Assembly: GCA_038231275.1 (NCBI GenBank)
Contig: JBBRLQ010000021.1
Coordinates: 1 to 64,000 of the forward strand
From: Polyangiales bacterium
GTDB taxonomy: Bacteria; Myxococcota_A; Polyangia; Polyangiales; Polyangiaceae
Reading direction: 5' to 3'
Length of the DNA stretch: 64,000 nucleotides
The notes beneath the pieces are model-generated. The model saw only the letters and a program-made list of their open reading frames with translations, ran no database searches and was not told the origin of the DNA. This document shows positions 7,241 to 15,283 of this stretch, piece by piece (the stretch's first letter is position 1; each line of letters begins with the position of its first letter). Made by a program: the position numbers and the translations under genes.

Positions 7241-9994
7241 ATGATCAGGCTGCTCATCCGTTGGTTGGACTTACGCGAAGGAGAGGGGCGCGTCGTTGCG
7301 CAGGCCTTCGCCACGCTCTTCCTGATCATCGCCGGGCACACGACTCTCGAGACCGCACGCGACGCGCTGTTCCTGAGCAAACTGCCTCCTAGCCAGCTCA
7401 ACGTCGTCTACGTCGTGCTCGCTGCGGTGACGTTCTTCGTCAGCTCGGGCGCGACGCGCTTCGCCGCCGCCTTCGGACGCCGCAACGCGCTCCTCTGCTC
7501 GCTGGTCGTGGCGGCGTACGTCACGACGCTGCTCCATCACCTCGCGCCGACGCGATCGGTGGTCCTGGGGCTCTATGTCTTCAGCGGGCTCGTCGGCGCG
7601 GTGTTGTTGCCGCAGTTTTGGCTCCTCGCCGCGAAGCTCCTCACGGTCTCGCAAGGACGACGCCTGTTCGGTCCGATCGCGTCGGGCGGGGTGCTCGGCG
7701 GGGTCGCTGGAGCGACCACGGCCGCCGCGGTGGTCCACGCGTTTCCGGTCACGAGCCTCCTGCCCGTCGCCGCCAGCTTCTTCGTCGCCACCGCTGTCGT
7801 CCTCACCACGATCGCATCCGAGGAAACCACGCTCGCGGAGAGCGCCGGCCGCGCCAGCCCCGGCAAGAGCTGGGGCGAGCTCTTTCGCGAGAACCCGTTC
7901 CTGACGCGGATCGCGGCCATGGTCGCCCTGACGACGGCCAGCCTCCTCGTCGTCGACTACCTTTTCAAGTCGACCGCCGCGCGCGCGTTGCCCGCGGCGG
8001 AGCTCGGCTCGTTCTTCGCCAAGTACTACGCCGCGGTCAACGTCCTCTCCCTGGTCGTCCAGCTCTTCGTCGCGAGCCGCTTGATCCGGCGCCTCGGCGT
8101 CATCCCCTCGGTCGCCGTCATGCCGTTCCTGCTCGTGGGCGGCGGTGTCTTCACGTTCCTGGGCGGCGGGGCGCTCCTCGTGGTGCTGGCGCTCAAGTCG
8201 ATCGACGGCGGGATGCGGCACTCGCTGAACCGCGTCGCGTCGGAGCTCCTCTACTTGCCGCTGCCAGGCGAGGCGCGCGAGCGAGGGAAGACGCTCATCG
8301 ACGGCGTACTCTCCCGGATCGTTCAGGCGGCGATGGCGGGCGTGCTGCTCGTGCTCGCCGTGCGTGGGTTCGCGACGCCGCGGGTGCTCGCGGCGATTGT
8401 CGTGGGGCTGTCGCTCGCGTGGCTAGGGGTGACGATCAGCTTGCGCGGAACGTACTTGGATCTCTTCCGCCGCGTCCTTGCGCGCGATCCGCACGCCGCG
8501 GGTGGCAACGAGCTCGGCCTCGATGCCGCCGGCGCGCTCGTCGAGGCGATGGCGAGCGAGGATCCGGCGAAGGTGCTGGCGGCGATGGACATCCTCGCCG
8601 AGAACAAGCGCCAGAACCTGATCCCGGCGCTCATCCTCTACCACGACGCGCCGAAGGTCCTAGAGCACGCGCTCGGCGTGTTCGGCGAGGCGAAGCGCGA
8701 GGATTGGATTCCGCTCGCGGAGCGTCTGCTGTCGAACCCCGACGAGGACGTGCGTGTCGCCGCGGTGCGCGCGCTCGCAAAGCACGGGAGGGTGAGCGCC
8801 CTGAAGCGCGCCTCCGAGGACACGAGCTCTCGCGTGCAGGCGTATGCGGCGTTTCACTTGGCGCTGCAGACGGCGAAGGGGGATCTCCTCGAGCACCCGC
8901 TCATCGCCGCCATCCTGAAGGCGCCCGGCGAGTTCGGGCACCAGAGCCGCCTCGGCCTCCTCCGCGCCATCTCCGACACCGGGGAGCCGCGCGCGACCAG
9001 CGTTCTGCTCGAGCTCGCGAGGATGGAGATCGACGGCCCCGAGCTCGTGATCGAGCAGGTCGCTCAGGCGATGGCAAAGCTGAAGGACGAGCGCTTCGTC
9101 CCGCGCATGGTGCAGCGCCTCGGCCGGCGCGTGGGGCGCGAGGCGATTCGCGACGCGCTCGTCGCGATCGGGGAGCCGGCGCTGGACGAGCTCGAGCGCG
9201 TCCTCGTCGACTCCTCGTCACCGCGCCGGCTCCGGGCGCAGCTCCCACAGACCATCGCGCGCTTCGATTCGCAGCGGGCGTGCGATCTGCTGCAAAATGC
9301 GGTCATTGGCGATGCTGACGGCCTGGTTCGCTACAAGGCGCTACGCGGCCTCGGTCAGCTCGTCGCGAGGAACGAGGTCCGCGTCGATCGCGCCCGCATC
9401 GAGCGGGAGACGCGGAAGAACCTGGAGGACTACCTCCGCCTCTTCGCGCTCGACGTCGCGCTCACGTCGCACGACGGCGAGCGTGCGCTCGAGAAGACCG
9501 CGTCGGGGAAGCTGCTCGCCAGCTTGCTCGAGGACAAGATGGCGCAGGCGCTCGCCCGCGCTTTTCGGCTCCTCAAGATCGCCTACCGGCAAGAGGACAT
9601 CCACCGCGTGCACGCCGCGGCGCTCTCGTCGGACAAGCGCGCGCGCGCGAACGCCGGAGAGTTTCTCGACGCGCTGCTCGTGCGCCGCGACCAGCGCACA
9701 CTTCGCGTGCTGCTCCGCCTTTCACTCGAGGACGCGCCGGCGGCGCAGCGGATCGCCGAAGCCGAGGGGTTGGTGGGCGCCGCGCCGAAGGACGCGGACG
9801 CCGCGCTCGTCATGCTCGTCGAAGACCACGACACCGCGATCGCCGCGCTCGCCGCACACCACGCCATGTCGCTCGGCCGCCCCGAGCTCGAGGCCAAGAT
9901 CCAGCGCGCAAAGAGCTCCCGCCCCCTCATCGACGCCCTCGGCGAGCGCCTCTTCGGCGACGCGAGCGGTCCGCTGGAGGTGCAGGGTGTCTGA
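7241..9994 (+). CDS. NTT/Npt (ADP/ATP translocase-like) MFS transporter fused to HEAT repeats
   Basis: About 12 TM helices with ETARDALFL, QFWLLA...QGRRLFGPIASGGVLGG, VDYLFK and RHSLNRVASELLYLPLP motifs, followed by HEAT repeats (LLSNPDEDVRVAAVRAL, DADGLVRYKALRGL). Confidence 0.85.
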   Translation: MIRLLIRWLDLREGEGRVVAQAFATLFLIIAGHTTLETARDALFLSKLPPSQLNVVYVVLAAVTFFVSSGATRFAAAFGRRNALLCSLVVAAYVTTLLHHLAPTRSVVLGLYVFSGLVGAVLLPQFWLLAAKLLTVSQGRRLFGPIASGGVLGGVAGATTAAAVVHAFPVTSLLPVAASFFVATAVVLTTIASEETTLAESAGRASPGKSWGELFRENPFLTRIAAMVALTTASLLVVDYLFKSTAARALPAAELGSFFAKYYAAVNVLSLVVQLFVASRLIRRLGVIPSVAVMPFLLVGGGVFTFLGGGALLVVLALKSIDGGMRHSLNRVASELLYLPLPGEARERGKTLIDGVLSRIVQAAMAGVLLVLAVRGFATPRVLAAIVVGLSLAWLGVTISLRGTYLDLFRRVLARDPHAAGGNELGLDAAGALVEAMASEDPAKVLAAMDILAENKRQNLIPALILYHDAPKVLEHALGVFGEAKREDWIPLAERLLSNPDEDVRVAAVRALAKHGRVSALKRASEDTSSRVQAYAAFHLALQTAKGDLLEHPLIAAILKAPGEFGHQSRLGLLRAISDTGEPRATSVLLELARMEIDGPELVIEQVAQAMAKLKDERFVPRMVQRLGRRVGREAIRDALVAIGEPALDELERVLVDSSSPRRLRAQLPQTIARFDSQRACDLLQNAVIGDADGLVRYKALRGLGQLVARNEVRVDRARIERETRKNLEDYLRLFALDVALTSHDGERALEKTASGKLLASLLEDKMAQALARAFRLLKIAYRQEDIHRVHAAALSSDKRARANAGEFLDALLVRRDQRTLRVLLRLSLEDAPAAQRIAEAEGLVGAAPKDADAALVMLVEDHDTAIAALAAHHAMSLGRPELEAKIQRAKSSRPLIDALGERLFGDASGPLEVQGV

Positions 9995-10922
9995 CGTCTC
10001 GGAGACGGCGCGCATCAACCGCGAGGTCTTCCTGAAGACGATGGTGCCGCGCTCGCGCGGGACGCTCTGGGTCACGAGCCGCATGGCCGAGGCGATGGAG
10101 GACGTCGACGTACGCGCCGGTGGCGTGATCTTCGAGGCCGGCTCGTCCGCCGAGCACTACTACTTTGTCGTCGCCGGCGACGTCGAGATGACGCGTCCCG
10201 GCGCCAGGCCCTGGACGGTGACGGGGCCCGGCCTCGTCGGCGTGGTCGACGTGGCGCTGGGCCGCCCGCACCTTCGCGCCGCGGTCGCGAAGGGCGATGC
10301 GCGGCTGCTCCGCCTCGAGGTGGCGGTGTGGATGGACGCGCTCGAGGACAGCTTCGATCTCACGTACGCCGTGCTCCAAAACATGGCGCAGACGGTCTAC
10401 GGCTTGCGGATGCGGCCGCCGCCCAGTGGAGGCTTCGATGCCACGCCCGACGCGATGCGCTCGGCTTCGCTCCGCACGGTCGTCGATCGAATCCTCTTCA
10501 TGCGGGACGTCGCCCTCTTCGGGCACGCCGCTACCCAGGCGCTGACGACGCTCGCCGAGGCGACCGAGACGATGGAGCTGTCGCCGGGCGATGCGCTGTT
10601 CGGCAAGGGCGTCCACCCGGAGCGCATCTTCGTCGTCGCGTCGGGGGAGGTCGAGGCCGTGCACGACACTGCGCCGATCGTCGGGAAATTCCGCTGCGGA
10701 AGCGTCGTCGCCGGCCCCGCGGCGTTCGTGCGGCAGAACGGCGGCTTCTCTGCGCGCGCGACCGTCGCGACCACGGTCCTCGCGGTCGATCTCGACGACT
10801 ACTTCGACGTCATGGAAGAGCACTTCACGCTGGTCCGCTCGGCGATGATGTTCATGGCCTCGGACGTCGACGCGCTCCTCGAGCGCGACGCGACCCGCTC
10901 GCCGGGCCCAAACGTCCGGTGA
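9987..10922 (+). CDS. Tandem cyclic-nucleotide-binding-domain (Crp-like fold) protein
   Basis: Two domains: AGGVIFEAGSSAEHYYFVVAGDVEM and PGDALFGKGVHPERIFVVASGEVEA. GTG start overlaps the upstream gene, with GGAGG RBS at 9976-9980. Confidence 0.8.
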   Translation: MSDVSETARINREVFLKTMVPRSRGTLWVTSRMAEAMEDVDVRAGGVIFEAGSSAEHYYFVVAGDVEMTRPGARPWTVTGPGLVGVVDVALGRPHLRAAVAKGDARLLRLEVAVWMDALEDSFDLTYAVLQNMAQTVYGLRMRPPPSGGFDATPDAMRSASLRTVVDRILFMRDVALFGHAATQALTTLAEATETMELSPGDALFGKGVHPERIFVVASGEVEAVHDTAPIVGKFRCGSVVAGPAAFVRQNGGFSARATVATTVLAVDLDDYFDVMEEHFTLVRSAMMFMASDVDALLERDATRSPGPNVR

Positions 10923-11026
10923 TTCGGGCTCGCCTTTGCGTCGCCGACCGCGGCGCCTACCTTGTCCGACGAATCGACGACGGCCCGCTCAAGTCGCGCG
11001 CGATCGGGCCCGTTCATTCGTGGGCA

Positions 11027-11893
11027 ATGGCCCAGTCATCACTCGCATCCCTCGCTCCGCTCGCCTTCTCCGATGGCACGGTGGGTCCCTCGTCACCGCC
11101 GTGCGCCCGCCAATCGGTGGACATCAACACCGCGTCGGCAGACCTCCTGCGCAAGAGCGTCCCCAAGGTGGGCGCCGTCCTCGCCCAGCGAATCGTGGAG
11201 TTTCGCGAGCAGAACGGCCCCTTCAAGTCGGTCGACGATCTGATGCACGTGCCTGGCATCGGGAGGCGCCTCGCCGAGAGCCTGGTCCCGCCGGCGACCA
11301 CCGAGTCGGGCATCGTCAACGTTCGACACGCGACGCTGCCGCCGCCGTGGGGCGCGCCGACGGGGACGTCCTTGAACGCGGCGGCCGACGAGGCGCTGAC
11401 GTCCACGCAAGAGACCACGGCCGCCACGACCGAGAACCTGGACGACCCGAGCTCGGGTGCGAGCACGCCGGCGAGGCGTCCGAGGACCGGGCCCGTGAAG
11501 ACCATCGCGCTGGCCGTGGCGGTGCTCGCGGGCCTTGTCATCGGCATCTGGGCGAACACGCAGTCGGTCAAGAAGCCGGCACGCGAGCTCTCCGAGCGCA
11601 TCGACGTGACGCGCGTGGAGAACGAGCAGACGCGAGCAGAGCTCGAGCGGCAGCGCGCCGAGATCCTCCGCACGCAAGACGACGTCAAGGCCCTGAGCTC
11701 GCGCGTCGAGACCGAGAGCACCGAGCGCAAGGCCGACCACGCGCGCGTGTCGCGTGACGTCAGCGTGCTGCACGACACCGTCAAGAAGGCGAACCAGAGC
11801 AACGAGGCGCGCATCCAGCGCCTGCGCGAGACGCTCACCGAGATCGAGCTCTACCATGGCGCGAACATCGCCCACCCGACCGGCGCGAAGTGA
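11027..11893 (+). CDS. ComEA-like helix-hairpin-helix protein with TM helix and C-terminal coiled coil
   Basis: VDINTASADLL...VPKVGAVLAQRIVEFREQNGPFKSVDDLMHVPGIGRRLAE (HhH), TM IALAVAVLAGLVIGIWA, heptad-rich C terminus. Confidence 0.8.
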   Translation: MAQSSLASLAPLAFSDGTVGPSSPPCARQSVDINTASADLLRKSVPKVGAVLAQRIVEFREQNGPFKSVDDLMHVPGIGRRLAESLVPPATTESGIVNVRHATLPPPWGAPTGTSLNAAADEALTSTQETTAATTENLDDPSSGASTPARRPRTGPVKTIALAVAVLAGLVIGIWANTQSVKKPARELSERIDVTRVENEQTRAELERQRAEILRTQDDVKALSSRVETESTERKADHARVSRDVSVLHDTVKKANQSNEARIQRLRETLTEIELYHGANIAHPTGAK

Positions 11894-11917
11894 CGTCGAC
11901 GACACCCGGGGCGGTCG

Positions 11918-12700
11918 CTACAAATCGTACGTGCCGCGGACGCCGAGGGTGACCCACTGGTGGTCATGCACCGGCGAGCGGTCGATGTTCCTTCCGTAGA
12001 CGACGCCGCTCTCGTGCCCGTTGGCGCCCATCGCCATGCCGACGAATGGCCCGAGCTTCGGCGCGCGCAGTCCGCTCCCGAGCGCGAAGTCTCCGCCGAG
12101 CTGCGCGTCGAAGAGCACGATCCCCGTTCGGGTGACGTGCGCGCCGCTGTCGCCCGACACGCCGCTCAGGTGAAGGATCTCGTAGCCGAGGCCTAGGCCA
12201 AACCAGGGGTCGAACGTGCGCAGCGGCGAGAAGTGGTACTGGAACGTCCCGCCGATCCGGTAGTCCTTCGCCGCGCACGTTCCGACCGCGTTCGCGCAGT
12301 CCGTCCGCGACGCGACCGCGAGCTGCCCGGTGAGCCCCAAGTAGACATGCGTGCTCGTCCGATAGCCGAGATCGAGCTGGATCGGCAGGAGGCTCGGCGT
12401 CTGGTAGGTGAGCGAGCTCGCAGACGACGCGTCGAGCGCGCGGACATATCCGGCGCGTAACCCGATCTGAAATCCCTTGATGACCGGATCATCGACCCGC
12501 GGTCCGAGCGGCGGCGCAGGCAGGTCGGGTGCGGCGCTCGCGGTCGTGCCGGCGACCGTGAGAGGGGCAGGCGAAGTCGTCGGCGCTGGCGCGGGCGCAG
12601 GGGTGGGCTCCGGCGTCGGCTCGGGGCCGGGGGCTACGTCTTGCGCGAGGGCGGTCCCGGGCAACGACAAGAGGAGGGCGGAGAGGACGAGGAAGCGCAT
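11918..12700 (-). CDS. Outer-membrane beta-barrel protein (8-stranded OmpA/OmpW-like)
   Basis: Signal peptide ending ALA-Q, Pro-rich linker, alternating beta strands (FQIGLRAGY, QLDLGYR, GTFQYHF, PWFGLGLGYE), C-terminal beta-signal LGVRGTYDL. GGAGG RBS. Confidence 0.8.
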   Translation of the reverse strand: MRFLVLSALLLSLPGTALAQDVAPGPEPTPEPTPAPAPAPTTSPAPLTVAGTTASAAPDLPAPPLGPRVDDPVIKGFQIGLRAGYVRALDASSASSLTYQTPSLLPIQLDLGYRTSTHVYLGLTGQLAVASRTDCANAVGTCAAKDYRIGGTFQYHFSPLRTFDPWFGLGLGYEILHLSGVSGDSGAHVTRTGIVLFDAQLGGDFALGSGLRAPKLGPFVGMAMGANGHESGVVYGRNIDRSPVHDHQWVTLGVRGTYDL

Positions 12701-12711
12701 GGCCTCCCTTC

Positions 12712-12727
12712 AGCAGGGCCCGTACCA
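12712..12727 (-). promoter_or_regulatory. Possible sigma54 promoter of the beta-barrel gene
   Basis: Minus strand TGGTACGGGCCCTGCT has GG-N10-GC spacing, immediately upstream of the RBS. Confidence 0.4.
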
Positions 12728-12816
12728 AGCGCTTCCGCGCGAAATTGCGGGGGTTCCGCCACCTGCCCGCGCGCCGTTGTGTGCCAGCGCGGCGCGACCG
12801 TCAGGCTCGCAAGCTC

Positions 12817-12975
12817 TCAGAGCGCCTTCATCAACGGAATTTCGTGCCCCTTCGGACAGCGCGCCGCCATCTTCTCGTCGGCGTCCTTCACCGAGAGCTT
12901 TACCTTTGCGCCGCACTCCGGGCACTGGACCTCGACCGTCTCGTCGCCCTTCTTGCCGCCATTCTCATGGACCAT
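12817..12975 (-). CDS. 52-aa zinc-ribbon microprotein (not in the ORF track)
   Basis: Translates as MVHENGGKKGDETVEVQCPECGAKVKLSVKDADEKMAARCPKGHEIPLMKAL with CPEC...CPKGH. Typical GC3-rich codons, AGGA upstream. Confidence 0.75.
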   Translation of the reverse strand: MVHENGGKKGDETVEVQCPECGAKVKLSVKDADEKMAARCPKGHEIPLMKAL

Positions 12976-13082
12976 CCGTCATCCTGGGGGCCGCCGTCGC
13001 CGCTTTGCAAGGGGAGGTCGAGCGGGGGCCGAGGGAGCGTGGCAAAAACGCGCATGATGGTGGCACCTTACCGACTAAGAGC

Positions 13083-13111
13083 TTCTAGCGTGGGGCGTCC
13101 AGGCGTATAAC
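13083..13111 (+). promoter_or_regulatory. Probable sigma70-type promoter of the carrier-protein operon
   Basis: TTCTAG-17 bp-TATAAC, followed by AGAGGG RBS before ATG 13137. Confidence 0.45.
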
Positions 13112-13136
13112 CAGGGACTCGCAAAAGAGGGCTTCC

Positions 13137-13385
13137 ATGACGGATCCGACCATCGAGGAGAAGGTGCGCGCCATCATCGTGCGCATCGCGAAGATCGAAG
13201 CTGGCTTCAGCCCGGACGCGGACATCTTCCGCGAGCTCGGCGTCAAATCGGCCGCAGCGCTCGATCTCCTCCTCTCGCTCGAAGAAGAGTTCAACATCGC
13301 GATCAGCGACGACGCGTTCGGCGACGCGCGCACCGTGAAGAAGATCGTCGAGCTCGTGGCGAGCCTGCAGGGAGCGGCGGCGTGA
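13137..13385 (+). CDS. Acyl/aminoacyl carrier protein
   Basis: 82 aa, acidic, DADIFRELGVKSAAALDLLLSLEEEFNIAI with Ser retained at the phosphopantetheine position. Its stop overlaps the next start (GTGA). Confidence 0.9.
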   Translation: MTDPTIEEKVRAIIVRIAKIEAGFSPDADIFRELGVKSAAALDLLLSLEEEFNIAISDDAFGDARTVKKIVELVASLQGAAA

Positions 13386-14584
13386 GCGGGCCCACCTGGG
13401 AGGCGGTCGACCTCAAGAAGCAGGTCGACGGCGATCTCGCCGCGGACATCGAGAAGCAGGGCGCCTACGTGTCCCCTGAGATCTTGCGCGTCAAGGTCGA
13501 GGGCGGCCAGGTCCGCTTCGAGGTGAAGGCCGGCGCCAACGTCGCCGACACCAAGGCGAAGGTCGATCGCTACGTCGATCTCATGGTCGCGAAGTTCCGC
13601 AAGATCCCGCGCAAAGTGCTGCACACGCGCGAGCGGAAGAACAAGGCGCCCCTCCGCACCGGCGTCTACGAGGAGCTGAAGAAGCGCGGCTGGGTGAGGG
13701 AGCTCGGTCGCGGCCAGGTCGCCCTCACCGGCCCCGCGCTCAACGTCCTCCGCACCGTCGACGCCGACTGCCGCGCGATGGGCATGACCCAGTTCGGCGC
13801 GAAGGAGGAGAGCTACCCGACCCTCATCCCGTCCAAGACCCTCGGGCGCTGCGGCTACTTCTCGAGCTTCCCGCAGACGGTCTCGATGGTCACGCACCTC
13901 GTCGAGGACTTCGACACCATCGAGCACTTCCGCCAGGCCAACGCCGAGACGACCGACCTCATCGTCCCCGACGCGCGCGCTTTCGCGACGCCGGAGGCCT
14001 GCCTCTCGCCGGCAGTTTGTTACCACTGCTACCGCGGCCTCGAGGGGACCAACCTGAAGGGCGGCCCCAACGTCGTCACCACCGTCGGAAAGTGCTTCCG
14101 CTACGAGTCGACGAACATCACGGGCCTCGATCGCCTGTGGGACTTCACGATGCGCGAGGTCATCCTCGTGGGCACCGAAGAAGAGGTCTCGACGCGGCGC
14201 GAGAAGGGCATCGAGCTCGTGAAGGCGCAGATCGAAAAATTCGATCTCCAGGCCGAGATCGAGAGCGCGAACGATCCGTTCTTCAGCGCGGCCTACGCGA
14301 CGAAGACCTACGCGCAGCTGCGCGGCGATCTGAAGTTCGAACTGCGGCTCTCCGTCGAGCCGGGACCGAACGGCGAAGCGCGCTCGCTCGCGTGCGGCAG
14401 CTTCAACCTGCACGACAACTTCTTCGGCCGCACCTTCACGATCAACGCGCAGAACGGCGAGCCGGCCTTCACCGGCTGCATCGCGTGGGGCCTCGAGCGT
14501 TGGGTGCTCGCGTGCTTCACGCAGCACGGCTTCGAGGCGAGCGGGTGGCCCGAGGCCATCCGCGCCAGCGTCTGGGGAACATGA
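13382..14584 (+). CDS. Class II aaRS homologue (atypical SerRS-like), probable amino acid:[carrier protein] ligase
   Basis: GYFSSFPQ, LSPAVCYHCY, motif 2 GKCFRYE...RLWDFTMREVILVG, ANDPFF, KFEL, ACGSFNLHDNFFG, motif 3 GCIAWGLERW. Candidate Cys/Glu/Cys Zn ligands. Coupled to the carrier-protein gene. Confidence 0.88.
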   Translation: MSGPTWEAVDLKKQVDGDLAADIEKQGAYVSPEILRVKVEGGQVRFEVKAGANVADTKAKVDRYVDLMVAKFRKIPRKVLHTRERKNKAPLRTGVYEELKKRGWVRELGRGQVALTGPALNVLRTVDADCRAMGMTQFGAKEESYPTLIPSKTLGRCGYFSSFPQTVSMVTHLVEDFDTIEHFRQANAETTDLIVPDARAFATPEACLSPAVCYHCYRGLEGTNLKGGPNVVTTVGKCFRYESTNITGLDRLWDFTMREVILVGTEEEVSTRREKGIELVKAQIEKFDLQAEIESANDPFFSAAYATKTYAQLRGDLKFELRLSVEPGPNGEARSLACGSFNLHDNFFGRTFTINAQNGEPAFTGCIAWGLERWVLACFTQHGFEASGWPEAIRASVWGT

Positions 14585-15282
14585 AAGCCCTGGACCAAAT
14601 CATCCTGAAGGTGAAGCGCCGCGAGACCCCCGCGGCGCAGATGGCCTACCGCGCGTACCGCACCCTCATCGAGTTCGACATCCCCGACAACCAGGCGATG
14701 AAGATGCTCTACGGGTCGCTCTACGTCGGCCACCACATCTACGTCGACGCGCGCGAGTGGATGCTGTCGAAGTTCATGTACGCGCCGATGCTGCGCGCGC
14801 GTTGCGAGTACGCGGGGAGCGGCCTCAACGTCACCGCGCCGCCGTACGTTCGCGGCCACGCACGCATTTCGATCGGCTCGAACTGCACGTTCTCCACGTT
14901 CTCGCTGCACACCGGGCGCTTTGTCGATCGGCCGGAGATCTCCTTCGGCGACGGATGCTTCGTCGCGGGCCAGGTTCAGTTCACGCTGAACAAGAAGATC
15001 ACGATCGGCAACCACGTCCTCATCGCCGGCCGCGCCGACATTCAGGACTCCGACGGCCACCCGTCGGATCCGTCGCGCCGCATGCGTGGCGAGGACATGG
15101 ACGAGACGGACATCGCGCCCGTCACCATTCAGGACTACGCGTGGATCGGTCGGGATGCGCACGTGCTCAAGGGGGTCACCATCGGACGGGGCGCGGTCGT
15201 CGCTGCCGGCTCGGTCGTCGTGACCGACGTGCCGGAGGGGGCGATCGCGATGGGCGTCCCCGCCCGTATCCTCAAGCGCTGA
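14581..15282 (+). CDS. Left-handed beta-helix (hexapeptide repeat) acyltransferase, copy 1
   Basis: ITIGNHVLIAGRADIQDSDGHP...PVTIQDYAWIGRDAHVLKGVTIGRGAVVAAGSVVVTDVP...GVPAR. ATGA overlap with the ligase stop. Confidence 0.9.
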   Translation: MKALDQIILKVKRRETPAAQMAYRAYRTLIEFDIPDNQAMKMLYGSLYVGHHIYVDAREWMLSKFMYAPMLRARCEYAGSGLNVTAPPYVRGHARISIGSNCTFSTFSLHTGRFVDRPEISFGDGCFVAGQVQFTLNKKITIGNHVLIAGRADIQDSDGHPSDPSRRMRGEDMDETDIAPVTIQDYAWIGRDAHVLKGVTIGRGAVVAAGSVVVTDVPEGAIAMGVPARILKR

Positions 15283-15283
15283 G

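Noticed and set aside
13382..14584. Housekeeping seryl-tRNA synthetase (serS)
   Set aside because: It lacks the N-terminal coiled-coil arm and TAE/TSE motif of bacterial SerRS, has atypical Cys motifs and is coupled to a carrier protein gene.
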